A DNA stretch of 56,192 bases. It comes from Octopus bimaculoides (lineage: Eukaryota). The number at the start of each line of letters is the position of its first letter. The first letter of the stretch is position 1. The DNA is taken from the NCBI RefSeq assembly GCF_001194135.2, contig NC_068996.1, positions 34,286,448 to 34,342,639 of the forward strand, written 5' to 3'. Positions 38,270-51,110 of this stretch are shown piece after piece. The notes below the pieces were generated by a model. The model made no database searches, was not told the DNA's origin, and saw only the letters and a program-made list of their open reading frames with translations. The position numbers and the translations under genes are program-made.

Positions 38270-39145
38270 CCTTTGTCAGTTGTCCCTGTTCCATCTATTC
38301 CATGTTTCGAAGGCAATAAATGAAAAATGCATTAGATACTACAAAACGTACAAGTAGGACAGACACAGAAGGACCCTAATTCTTCATCAGTTATCAACCA
38401 AAATACTAATACTCAGCACTGAGAACTTCGTATATACATTTTTCATTTATTGAGTAACTGAATGTCATGCATCCCAACTTTTGTTAACAGTAAGTTTTTA
38501 TATATTTTTTTAACTATCTTCTTTCTCTCTCATCCACATATTTATTTTCTAGCATCCCAACTTCCTCATACACTCTCTCTCATCTTCTCACTCTTAATTG
38601 TAGACTTTCTCCTTTCCTTCCTTCCTTCCTTCCTCCCCTGTTCTCTCTGCTGCGCTCCCCCCCCCTCCCTTATCCTCCTTCCTTTCTATTTACTGTCCGC
38701 ACGTGACCCATGACCAATTTTCTCAACTCTCTGCCTTTTTGCCACTGGATGCTTAGCTTGGAGGTCAGCATTTTCTCCTCTCTTGCTATTTCTCTTTCTG
38801 TATCCAATCAAGATTTCTTCTAGGCATTGCCCATCATTCTTGTGTTTGGCTGAAAGGCTGTATTTATTCTGTCTTCGTCTATCATTTCAAATTATATTTG
38901 TTTACTTTTGTATGTCCACCCTGTATTGTTTTGTTTGCTTGAGCCCTAATTCTCCACAAATTTTGTGGGCCACTGGTATGCAAAGTTATAAGTCCTGAGT
39001 ATTAGGATTTTGGTTGATAATTAATGAAGAATTAGGGTCTTTCCATGTCTATCTTACATGTATGTTTTGTAGTATTTAATGAATTTTTCATTTATTGAAT
39101 AACTGAACACTACACATCCCAACTTTTGTAACAGTAAGTTTATAT
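38270..39145 (+). mobile_element. Foldback element with inverted and direct repeat blocks and decayed hammerhead motif (PLE pLTR-like)
   Basis: 38314-38420 versus the reverse complement of 38991-39097: about 88% over 107 bp. Direct repeat 38438-38500 / 39083-39140. The left arm on the minus strand carries CTGATGAAG...TTCGAAACATGG. Confidence 0.65.
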
Positions 39146-39154
39146 ACATATATA

Positions 39155-40700
39155 CATCATCATCATCATCAACATTGTCGTTTAATGTCTGCTTTCCATG
39201 CTGACATGGGTTGGACGGTTTGACTGAGAACTGGTGAGCCAGAAGGTTGCATCAGGTTCAATCTGATCTGGCAAAGTTTCTACAGCTGGATGCCCTTCCT
39301 AACACCAACCACTCCAAGAGTGTAATGGGTGCTTTTATGTACCACTGGCATGAGGGCCAGTCAAGCGGTTCTGGCAGCGACCACGCTCAAAAGGTGTTTT
39401 CTATGTGCAACCTGCATGGGAGCCAGTCCAGCGGCACTGGCAACAACCACACTTGAATGTTGTTTTCACATGCCACCGGCACATGTGACGGTAAGGCGAT
39501 GCTGGCAGCAATCACGCTTGAATGGTGCTTTTTACGTGCCACCGGCACGGGAGCCAATCTGCAGCTCTGGCAACGATCACACTTGGATGTGCTTTTAACA
39601 CTCCACTGGCACGAGTGCCAATCAGGCAGTACTGTGATAGGCCATGTCAGTGATTTTGATTTTGATTTCACTTGCCCCAATAGGTCTTCACAAGCAAAGA
39701 TTATTGTCCGATGAATGAGGGGTGCTCTAAGTGGGCCGGTTACACCCACTGGCATAGGCCATGGGCTATGGTCTCACTTGGTTTATCGGGTCTTCTCAAG
39801 CACAGCATATCTCCAAAGGTCGCAGTCACTAGTCATTGCCTTGGTAAGGCCTAATGTTTGAAGGTCGTGCCTCACCACCTCATCTCAAGTCTACCTGGAT
39901 CTACCTCTTCCACAGGTTCCCTCAACTGCTAGTGTGTGACACTTTTTCACACAGCTGTCCGCATTCATTCACAACACATGACCATACCAGTGCAGTCATC
40001 TCTCTTGCACACTACATCTGATGCTTCTTAAATTCAACTTTTCTCTCAGGGCGCTCATCCATCGGAGCATACTGGCTTCATTCCTTGCAAGCTTACACAT
40101 GTCCTCAGCAGTCATAGCCCATGTTTCACTGCCATGTAGCATGGCTGTTCGTACACATGTGTCATACAGTCTACCTTTTACTCTGAGTAAGAGGCCCTTT
40201 GTCACCAGCAGAGCTAGGAACTCTCTGAACTTTGCCCAGGCTATTCTTATTCTAGCAGCTACACTTTCAAAGCACCCGTTTTTGACTTGGTCCCCTAGGT
40301 AATGGAAGCTGTCAACTACTTGTAGTTTTTCTCCCTGGAATGACAGAAGCTGTTCTCTACACATTTTCAGTGTTTATAGCACCTGAGCATTTTCCACATA
40401 CAAAAACTATCTTCCCAGTTAGCCTTCCTTTGATATTGCTGCACCTCTTATGTGTCCATAGCTTACACTTGGTACATCTTATAGAGTTTCTACCTACGCC
40501 TTTTCTACAGATCGAGCAGGGCCATCTACCTGAAGGGATTTGTGGTTTGTCTGCCTTCCTACTTATTAAGACTTTGGTTTTAGCTAAGTTAAATCTAAGG
40601 CCCTTCAATTCTAATCCTTGCTTCCACACCTGAAACTTTTCCTCTAGTTTGGAAAGTGACTCAGCAATTAGAGCAAGGTCATCAGCATAGAAGACCTCCC
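39155..40700 (-). mobile_element. 5'-truncated RTE family 1 LINE with PHD-type finger after the RT core
   Basis: FYADDLALIAES..NLAKTKV..WPCSICRKGVGRNSIRCTKCKLWTHKRC..FVCGKC..VVDSFHYLGD..WAKFREF..MLHGSETW. 3'UTR minisatellite and (CAT)n tail. Confidence 0.92.
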
Positions 40701-40790
40701 AGTGGCGTGTGCATGCGTGCATGTGTGTGTGCATGCATGCGTGTGCATACGTGCATGTGTGTGTGCATGCGTACATGTGTGTGTGTGTGT

Positions 40791-42030
40791 GTTGCGTTGG
40801 CTAAAAATGTTCATTCAGTTTTTGTCAACACTAAACTTCATGCACTTTGATAAATTCAGTCAGCCCCTTGTGCATGTGCACACATTAGATATTTGACACT
40901 TCAATGTAGTTTCACATGAACTTGCAATGAGACAAGTGTTGTATTTTGTGCGCTTGGGTTCACTTTGAAAATGGAAATCCAAATGAATATTACTGACACC
41001 TCGAGTTTTTATTATTTGAATAAAGGAGATAAAAAGCAGCAGAAACCTATAGGAAGATACGTGCTATGTACAGAGAAGACACTGTTATGAAATGTGTCAG
41101 AAGTGGGTTTTCAAGGTTTCTATCATGAAATTTTTTCATTCATGTTGCACTTTGCTCTGGTTAACCAACTGAAGTTAGCAGCAACAAAATGAAGGAATTT
41201 TGTTGACACCAACCCCTGTTGTACAACCAAGATGATCGCAGATATACTCCAAATATCCAAATCAAGTGTTGATAACCATCTGTATCAACTTGGTTATGTC
41301 AACAGGCTCAATGTTTAGGTCCTACATTAATTGAATGAAGTTAACCTCACCCAACGGATTTTCATTTTGCAAAAATGTGAAGGTAACATCTTTTTGAAGA
41401 GAATGATGACAGGAGAGGAAAAATGGATTGTGTATAACAATGTGAAGTACAAGAGATAATAGGGGAAAAGCAGCTAACCACCAACCTCCAAAGCAGGACT
41501 TTGCCTGAAGGAGGTTTTGCTTTCAATTTGGTGGGATTGGAAGGGTGTTGTTTTTTACAAGCTTCTTCCTATGGACAAGAACATCAATTTGGATTTGTAC
41601 TGTGACCGGCTGGATCAATTAAATACAGCTATTTATTAGAAGTGTCCAGCACTTGCTAATCATAAAGATATTGTCTTTCATTATGACAATGCCAGACCAC
41701 ACACTTCTTTGCAGATGCAGCAGAAGTTACCTGGGGTTTGGCTGGGGACTTTTGCCACACCTTCCATAGTCACCCAACCTTGTGTCTTCAGATTTCTGTC
41801 TGCTTCAGTGTCTTCTAACATTAATCAAATAGTCAAACCTTCAACTCTGAAGAGGATGTAATAATTCACTTGGAAGAGATTTTTGCCAGAAAAGACAGGA
41901 AATTCTTTGAGCAGGGAATAATGAATCTGCCCACAAGATGATAAAATATATTGGTATAAAACACTTTTTGTTTAAAATTTATGGCTATTTTTTCTTAAAA
42001 AACCCAATGGACATTTTGGCAAATCTCATA
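40791..42030 (+). mobile_element. Decayed mariner (Tc1/mariner, DD34D type) transposon of about 1.24 kb
   Basis: MMTGEEKWIVYNN (41403-41441), VLLSIWWDWKGVV, HYDNARPHT (near 41685) and PYSPNL..SDF. Degenerate TIRs TTGGCTAAAAATGTTCATTCAGTTTTT and AAAAAACCCAATGGACATTTTGGCAAAT. Confidence 0.85.
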
Positions 42031-42172
42031 TATGCGTGTATATTTCTCTTGATGGTGGTAATGGCAGCACTTATTTTTAAACAATATTGCCTCTAATTTT
42101 CAGTATTCATGACACACAAAAAGGGAGCGGGAGATATTTAGCATCACTAATGGCAGCTCCAATATTTTAGAG

Positions 42173-44013
42173 CAGTGGACACCAAACTAAAGCCTGTGAG
42201 GTCAGTTCATCCAGTCTGCCACTGCACTGTACCTTTTGTGTAAGTACCTGCATTGAGAGTGCATTCCTGCAGTAATCGTATTTTAACTTGCATTGCTATG
42301 TTTAAACATCCTCTTCACCAGAATGTTTGCTGAGAATGAATCTGTCACTTGTACAAGTTACAAAACAAGGCATAAAATGGCATTGTGCTCTGAGAAAACT
42401 GATTTGTTTAGAAGTATCAGCCTTTCAACAAGTTCAGTTGTACAGAGAACAAAAGAATTTGGAGAGAACATAGTGCTACAGATACATGAGAAAGCTTGGA
42501 ACTTCTTGTGGTATTCTCTGGTACTGAATGAGCCTACCAATCTCTCGAGTACATCACAACTTCTTGTTTCCATTCACGGTGTTAATTTGGACTTTCAGAT
42601 CACAGATGAGTTAGCATCTCTTTGCAACATACACAGAACAACTGGAGAAAACATTTTCATGGTAGTGCAGAAAACTTTGCAAGGCTATAAACCTTCAGTG
42701 GAATCAGCATTGATGTGTTACAGTTAATGGAGGTAAAAAAATGGCTGGAGAGAGGAAGGATCTGGTGGGGCAGATCAAGACTAAGTTGGAAGATCTTCAA
42801 CTCCTGGGTGTTCTGTTTATACACTGCATTATACATCAACAAGCACTCTATGGGAAAGACTTAGATATTTCTTGCATACTGAAACCAGTTGTTTCTGCAA
42901 TGAACTTCATTCAGAGTTACACCCTTAATCATTGCCAGTGCCAGACTTTTCTTCAACAAATTGATTCTGAAATCTGTGACTTGCCTTATCACACAGCAGT
43001 GAGGTGGCTGAGCTGCAGTAAAGTTCTGTTTCGTTTTTATAAGCTCCGAAGAGAAACATTTTTCTCCCCCAAAAAGATAGAGCTGATCCACTTCAGTGAG
43101 ATCCTACTTGTCTGTCAAAGTTGCCATTTTTGGTTGACATCACATCCTACATGAATAAATTGAACTTGAAACTTCAGAGAAGGGATAACCTTATATGTGA
43201 TCTCTATAGAATCATCAAAGGATTTTAGAGAAAGCTATCATTGTTTGAAGCGCAACTGGAAAGTGGAAACTTCTCTCATTTTCAATGTTTCAAAGAGTTT
43301 CATGCTGGAATCACAGAAGAGAGTAACGTCAAGTTTCCAAAGAAGATTATTCATGACTTAAATAAGCATTTTTTGGAGAGATTTTCAGTTCTCAACAGAA
43401 TTGAGAGTGACATTGTTCTGTTCCAGAATCCATTTGATTGTAATCTTGACACACCAGTCGAACTACAGGTGGTGCTCATTGATTTGCAAGCAAAATGACT
43501 TGTTGAAAGAGAAGCACAGAGAAGGAAAACTTGTAGAATTTTATCACTGCTTACCAGATGATGAGTTTTCAAAGTTGATGAAATTTGCCTATGGTATGGC
43601 ATCAGTGTTTGGAACAACTTATGTCTGCGAGCAAATATTTTCAAAAATGAAGTATGTGAAGTCAGCACATCAAACGAGGTTGACTTATGAACATTTGCAA
43701 GTAATTCTCTTGGTTGGATGCAGCAATTCCAAAGCAAATATTGATGATATCTTAAAAGCTAAACACCAGTTTCACAAATCTCACTAACCTTTTTTGCTGC
43801 TTAGTTTGTAAGATTCAGTTATGTGTGCACTGGGTGTAATATAACTATCTTATTGCTAACATTATCTTTGATAACTTTTTGGTAAATAAATATGTTGGTT
43901 GTCTTCATGTTTTTGTGTATTCCCTGTACTGTATTGAACAAAATGGTTATGCAGCCTGTGCTCATCATTCTCTCAGTTATCTGGTCTGCTGTGAAAAAAG
44001 TTTGATGACCCTG
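42173..44013 (+). mobile_element. hAT transposon (Charlie/SPIN, GTF2IRD2-like transposase) with both TIRs and 8-bp TSD
   Basis: Ends CAGTGGACACCAAACT and (reverse complement) CAGGGTCATCAAACT. Identical TTTTAGAG at 42165-42172 and 44014-44021. Frameshifted transposase: HCIIHQQAL, DLPYHTAVRWLS, VFGTTYVCEQIFSKMKYVKS..RLT. Confidence 0.92.
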
Positions 44014-44479
44014 TTTTAGAGATATTGGAAGTGCAGTAGGACAAAGAGGATGGGGAAACTGAAAGATATTTTTCTTAGTTTTTGCCTTTTGAGGAAGAGT
44101 AGAGGGTGGTTATGTGCTGAAAAGTCATGACAACCCCCAGGTGAAGGTGTGGAGTCTGGATCAAATACTTAGAATAAAGTGAACTCTGCTGAAGTCATCT
44201 AGGTGGTGTTAAGCTGGGGTCTTATGATGGTTAAGGGTCTTGTTGGTTTGAAGTGTCCAGAGCAGTGGTGGTTCGTGTATAGGCACTGCGAAACGACAGT
44301 ATCCCTTATTTCCACACTTTATTATCGATAACATTCAATATAATGAGTCCTTTTTTTCTTTAATTCTTTNNNNNNNNNNNNNNNNNNNNNNNNNNNNNNN
44401 NNNNNNNNNNNNNNNNNNNNNNNNNNNNNNNNNNNNNNNNNNNNNNNNNNNNNNNNNNNNNNNNNNNNNACACACACAC

Positions 44480-44797
44480 ACACACAGAGGACCCTTGTGT
44501 CAACTGGGAAGTGGCTGTACTTGAAATGCAGAAAGGGTGTAGGTAGGAATTCCATATGGTATTAGCGCTGTAAAAGTATGGGTACACAAAACATGTACCA
44601 CAGGCATGTTGACAGAGAAGAAAGACCTTAACTTATAGCTGATCCTCAATATTAGTTAGCAATATAGGAATAGTTGATGGCTTCTGTTACCTAGGTGATC
44701 TAATTAACAGTGGAAGGGAGTGCCCTGAATACATAGCCAGTGTAAGAATAGGTTGTAAAAAGTTTTGGGAACTGTTACCTTTGTTAGCAACAATGGG

Positions 44798-44835
<38 letters not shown>

Positions 44836-45240
44836 AATGGCAGATTGTATGGTAATTGTGTATGAACTGTGAATTGTGTATGGCAGTGAATGTAGGTGTG
44901 TAAAGGTTGGGCAGATATGAGGCTAGCATGCTTTGCTGGATGTGTGGTAGTTAGTGAAAATGAAGGAAAATATGTGGTAGTGTAAATGGAGGAGAACGAA
45001 AGAAAAACTGAGTATAAAAAGAATCAAGTGTGTGTAAGAGAGAAGACTGAAGTGGTAGATGTATGTGATGTGTATGGAGGATGACAGTTGGCTAAAGAAG
45101 TACCTAGTGATCCATGGGGAATGACCATGTGGGAGAGGTTGACATAGGAAGAAGTGTTGGAGTCTGATTTCATGATGTGGAATCTCATCAAGAAGCTTAT
45201 GAAGGATCATAACAAGTGACAAGATGCTGAAGCAAGGAAT
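44480..45240 (+). mobile_element. Very decayed RTE family 1 fragment
   Basis: GKW..CRKGVGRNSI..WVHKTC, FCYLGDLI..RIGCKKFWELLPLL, RYEASMLCWMC. Confidence 0.7.
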
Positions 45241-45371
45241 AATAGCGTGTTCACATGTGTGTATGTGCGTTTCTTTTGTATAGCTGACCATATTCATTTA
45301 AGACAGTAATTTGCAGATCTGGCTGTTATTTTTAGCATTGAACCTAAATGCATTGTTAGTTTCTAATCAGC

Positions 45372-45417
<46 letters not shown>

Positions 45418-47267
45418 TTCCTCTGTTTAGACGAACTTTCCTACCTTTTCGGACAAAACCTTTTGTAACCTTCGTCCTGTCTTTGTCCTTACATGTTTTT
45501 AATTGATATTAGCCCTTGTGGCCAATAAAACGAATTAATTATTATTATTATTTATAAATGTATCTTATAAACTTCACCTGTTTACTCCTTTTACTCTCAG
45601 TACTTAAATAAGAGAATCATTGCCAGAGAAAATAGTTTTATTAGATAGAGTTCAGTTTCATAATTTATATTTAGAGAAGTAGGGTATATATTTAAGCTTT
45701 TCATTCCCTTCCTCCTCGTTTGGTTTTCCAATCAAAACTTAATTCGTTCTTGGCATCAATTTCTTCATTTCAGTGGAATTATAAGTGACAAGATACTGTA
45801 ATTAAAAAAAAAAATCTTTGTTTACTAATTTAGCTTCCCTAAGCACCAGACGAGTAAACATATCATTTGTTATTCTTATTGAGTTTTAACTCGAGCCTTT
45901 TCATATTTCCTGGGTCGATAAAACAAGTGCTGCATGAAGGCCATTGAGTGGTGTGGAGGCGGCGGTGGTGGTCGGTCTATATGATCAACTTTCTCCTCAA
46001 AATATCTGGCTTTTTGTCCTGAGATTATTTTTTTGTTATCAAATGAACAATGTTTATTAGTAAACAGACTTCATACACCTTAACTGCTTCACCTTGATTT
46101 GTTTATTAAAAACAACCTTCCCTAGTTTATTGTCGGATTAAATCGTACACACGCGCGCGCGCAAATCACTGTCTAGAAACTTTTTTCCCCCTCTCTTCTC
46201 CATTTGGATAATGGCGAATTATGAGTGTTTTCATTTGTTTTTTCTATCTTAGCCGCAATGTTTTCGATGCTTCTTTTCATCTAGATTTTTCTCAGATGTG
46301 ACCAATTGACAACTATTTATTGTAGCTAGTTTCTTTAAAGAAATATTCACTCCATTCCGTTTTAGCATTGCTCCAAACATTTCAAAACACAAATACACAC
46401 ACCTCACTATTTTCCTTGTTTTCATAAAATATGTTTTTATAGAAAAATATTTTTTCTGTTTTTTTAACCTCGTATGAAAATTATTTAAGAACTCAGTTTT
46501 TTAAAGAATATCATATAATGTTTCCCTATTAATTAACGTTGAATTGCTTCCATGGTGTTTTAAGTTCATTTATTATTGTAGATGTGATACATTTCATATA
46601 TTTAAAATTTTGTTTCTACTTTGCCATCTCATGGTGAAAAATTTCGAATTTCTTTGGAAATGGTCGTCAATTGAATCAGTCCATGCTCTAATAAATATGT
46701 TCACATATAAAAGCATCACATTTATAGGAGCTGCTGCTGTTATTGAGCAGTTGCGATGTTCATGCCATTTCTCAAACACAACTCTATCTATCAATAAAAA
46801 TAACAGTGGTAGTAGTAGTAGTGAAAGTAATAATAGTAGTGATAACAATATTTGTAATAGTAGTAATACTAGTGAAGATGATAATGATGACAATTGTAAT
46901 TACTACAATGGTGTTGATGTCTCTAAAGGTTTTCGATGGATGACCTTTCAAACTAAATGGGGATTTTGTTATATTCGTCCTCCACCCTTTAAGAACATAA
47001 AATACTTGTTTGTTATATAATACCATATTGTAGTTTATTGCTAATTGACTTTGAGTGTGGTACTTGAAGAGATTTTATCATTTGCCACTCTACATTCCGT
47101 AATTAAAAATGTTTGTGTCGAGGAAGTAGGTTGTGTTGTTTATAATTTATATTTTTCAAATGAAACTACTTTCCACTCTATTATTCAGTTTTGTGACTGC
47201 ATAGTACATAATGTATGTGTGTAAAATATTTAACCAATTGACTAATAATAAAGAAGTGGAATTGGAC

Positions 47268-47403
47268 CTATGCGTGTGTTGTTATTATTGGCATAATGAC
47301 TCTCCCAAGACAATAAATATATACATATAATTGAATTTTTCCTTTAATTCACACTACACATGTGTGTGTGTGGTTATATAGATATATTTGGAGATATAAT
47401 GTT

Positions 47404-47454
<51 letters not shown>

Positions 47455-47622
47455 NNNNNNNNNNCTATGCGTGTGTTGTTATTATTGGCATAATGACTCT
47501 CCCAAGACAATAAATATATACATATAATTGAATTTTTCCTTTAATTCACACTACACATGTGTGTGTGTGGTTATATAGATATATTTGGAGATATAATGTT
47601 TGTGTGTGTGTGTGTGTATATA
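47268..47622. other. Identical ~155-bp direct duplication on both sides of a 10-N gap (likely assembly overlap)
   Basis: The block starting at 47268 (CTATGCGTGTGTTG...) is repeated verbatim from 47465, immediately after the N run. Confidence 0.8.
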
Positions 47623-49899
47623 TTTCATATGATGAAATATTAAATATCTTAGGTTGGGTCTTATGTTGAAATAGATTTCCATAGCATTCCTATGTTATTT
47701 ACATTTTTATTTTGTCGTTCCATAAACAACCTATACCTGTTTTCTTCCTTTTGTATACCTCAAGACGACATTCCTTATTCCTGAATCACTGCCATTTACT
47801 TTATATTCAATCAAAATCTTCGGAATATTTTATTTTAATCAGCAACAAAATTTATATTCAAGAGAACCGCTACGTGGACGCCCGACTTCACTAGAAATAG
47901 CAACCAAATTTTTCTCAAAATGCAGACCCTCCGATAACGAAGTCAGAGGTGCACGCTTGCTGAATAATAATAATAATAATAATAAATGGTCATAGCTGGA
48001 ATGCTTTTAATCATATATGTCTGCTAGATTTTGGATGTCTTTGGGTTTAAACAAAAATAATCGCGTTTTTCTAGTTTGCTCTGGTTGATAGTAAAATGTT
48101 AAGAGCACCAATCAGCATTATCTATTGCTTGCCCGAGCTTGAATTGTTTAATAATGGTCTATATACCTAGCAACTTGTTCTCATTTATCTTATAAACTCT
48201 TAATTAAAAAGAAGCATTTCGTTTAAATACTTCTATAGAATTCCTTCCTAAATATCGTGGAATATTTAGTTTCTTACAACTATTCTTATTTCTGGGTGTC
48301 AATTGTTGGCTAAGAATTAATTTACTAGTTGTTATTTTTTTAATGGTTTAACAATTGGTTTATAATTAACTTATTAGCATGGTTGTGTTAATTTGTAATT
48401 AAAATAAATTCCAAAAACATATTTTGACAGGGTAATAAGTAATAAACTTTCGTAATCGAACTTTTGTGCCCTTAACAAACATGTTCTGTGTGTGAATGTG
48501 CATAGGTATATGTATATTATGTGTGTATAATATTATTCATTTGTTAGGGTAGGATCTTTCTTTAGGAAACAATCGGAACTGTTTTCTAACTGCATGAGTG
48601 TGTGTTTATGTACGTATATGTGTGTACACACGCAGAGCCAGCAAACTGTCTATCCTCTACTGTTATTAAATTATCTAGATTTCCAGAGGATATATCAGTT
48701 GCGAGGAAGGGCGTTTTACTTTATTTACTAATGAATACAATTGGTGAAGGACTGAAATACGGAATAATTAAAACTATATCTGCTTTATTTGCAATGCTTT
48801 TCTTTTTCTAATATGGCACTACACTAATAATACTTTTGAATATTTTATAACTTATACTCATTAGCTTGGTCTTTATTTTATTTATTTATTTATTTTTAGT
48901 AAGGGATGTTTTAAATAATTAACCTTTTGTTGGAAACTTCGTAAATTCGTTTTTTCATCTTACCAAATTAACCTCTTAGGTTGCTGACTTTTTAAAATTA
49001 TATCTTGCAGTTTATTATAATATATTTTATTCTTTCAATCCAAAATACAATTAACTCTTAATTTTACTATTTATTAAAGCTTCCACGTTTCTTCCTTTTT
49101 TTTTTATCTACAATTTTCTTTATTTGCTTCTATGTTATGACGCACACTTTAGTTATATTTTAAATATCAGGATGTTTATTAAATTCATTCAATTTCAAAC
49201 TTCCTTAGTTGTCTCGTCAATATTATTGATATCATTTGTCAAGATGGCTCTTTCTTCCTCTTGATTAAATAGTTGGTGTATTAGTCGAACGGAATGAAAT
49301 GCTGTTCACTGTTTACTCTACCAGGTATCTGCTGAAGTTAGTTTTGAAAAATATATAAAAAGATACCTGTTTGTATGCGGCAACAAATAATATCCTTTCC
49401 CTCGTTGTCTCAGTAATTGTTAAAGATGTTGACTAAGAAAGACTTGAGAGTTGGAGTAACATTTCACACATGAACAGCAACTGTTTGTATCAATGAAGTT
49501 GACTAGGATTCAGCTGGCCTTTTATATAATCAAAGGTATTCTAACCGTGATCATCTCTCTTTTTTGGGAGGGGTGGGATGCGTACTGTGTCCGGCTCTAC
49601 GTCATGTGCTTGCTGTTTTAAAAACTGAAGAATCTGAAATGAGGGAGATTTGGCTGTTATTTCTACAAGTTGGAATGGAACGACTACGTAGATTTTTTTA
49701 TGAAGTTTATTATACCAGTTGGAAAACTAGAGAAAATAATCTAATTTATAAACAATTGTAGCTTTATGAACTGACTTTTTTTTTGTCCTGTGAGTTTTTG
49801 CTTGAATAAGATAAATCAACAATAGTGTTTTGTGTGTGTTTTCCATTATGACACAATATTCATTCTAACAAATCAATATAGTAGTTCTTTATTTGTTTA

Positions 49900-50209
49900 G
49901 TCTTGAGGAAGGGACAGTGCCCATAGCCATCACAGGTCGCCTGAAACTATAGACATTGATGACACTTATGTTCCTCGTGAATCTTTGTAAATTAACTACT
50001 GCATGAGGGACATGAGCAGGAGGAAAAAATCCTGAGGGATGATACTCTTGGAAGGAAGCAGTCCTTTATTGATTAATGTGATTTCTGGTGGGATCGGATG
50101 TTACGTGTGTTATAAGGGGAATAGAAATGAGTGAGTCAGAAATTCCTGAGTGAAGGCAACATGAGCCCAATCAGTTCTGAGGAACAGAGACCGTTCCAGC
50201 AGCAGTAGC

Positions 50210-50264
<55 letters not shown>

Positions 50265-51110
50265 AAGATAAGAAGTGGAGACAATATATTTATGTATGAG
50301 AAATGGGAACATATATGTGAGTGACTTTATGCCAATCTCAGCCTGATGCCCCTTTTCTGGATTTGGTCTTGAATGACTATGCTGCAGCAGTCCAATCCTG
50401 GATGTGAGAGCAATACTCTACTGTAGGTCATGCCTGAAATTTGTAAGAGTATCAGTGACGGTTGGGGTGGGGTAGGGGTGGGGGATGAAGTATCTTCTGA
50501 CACTGAAGAGAAGGACCAGGCTTTGGGATGCAGTCCTAGCTATGTTAAGGATGTGCTTTTGCCAGGAGAGATCTTCGAGGGCTCAGGTTGAGTACTTCTC
50601 AAGATTAAGCAGAGTGTAGAGTGATGATGTTTTCTTGATATAAGTAATACATGTATTTTCCTGAAGATAAAACAGCCAATACTGGTATATCCCTTATTGG
50701 TGGATTCTTTTGAGGTCTTTGTTTCTGAATTGGTGCAAGTTTGGTATGTGATATTTAAGTGGTGAGTGGTTAATGCATATTTGGCTAAGGTTAAAAAAGA
50801 GTGAAGGGCCACTATCATCTGTGTAAGAGTAGTATTTGTTTGATGTGATAGCTAGTAGACCTTTGATTTATAAAAAGGGAGAGTTTAGAGACAAGACTGA
50901 ACTTTAGAGCACACCAGAGTTGATAGAATGAGGATTGGAAAGAGATTGTGCATTGATTCAGTAAATGTGAAACTGGTGGAGCCTATTGGTGGATAATTTT
51001 GAAAGAAGATTCTGATTCCAGATATTGTTGAAAGTTTTGATATCAAGGGCTGTAAGACTGCTTTCACCAAAAATTTCTATAAGGTGAGATTCCTTAGGTA
51101 AGTGAAAGTG
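49900..51110 (-). mobile_element. Highly decayed CR1/L2-group LINE (same type as 31330-32600)
   Basis: Minus strand: FGESSLTALDI..LLSKL..INSGV, YTDD near 50815, and RPTVEYCSH..DQIQKRGIR. Interrupted by (TAG)n. Confidence 0.6.
50200..50263. repeat. (TAG)n microsatellite
   Basis: Directly visible. Confidence 0.95.

Noticed and set aside
46544-47020. 158-aa gap-free ORF with an N/S/D-rich stretch
   Set aside because: Derived from degenerate (TAG/TAA/GAT)n repeats. No domain or splice support.
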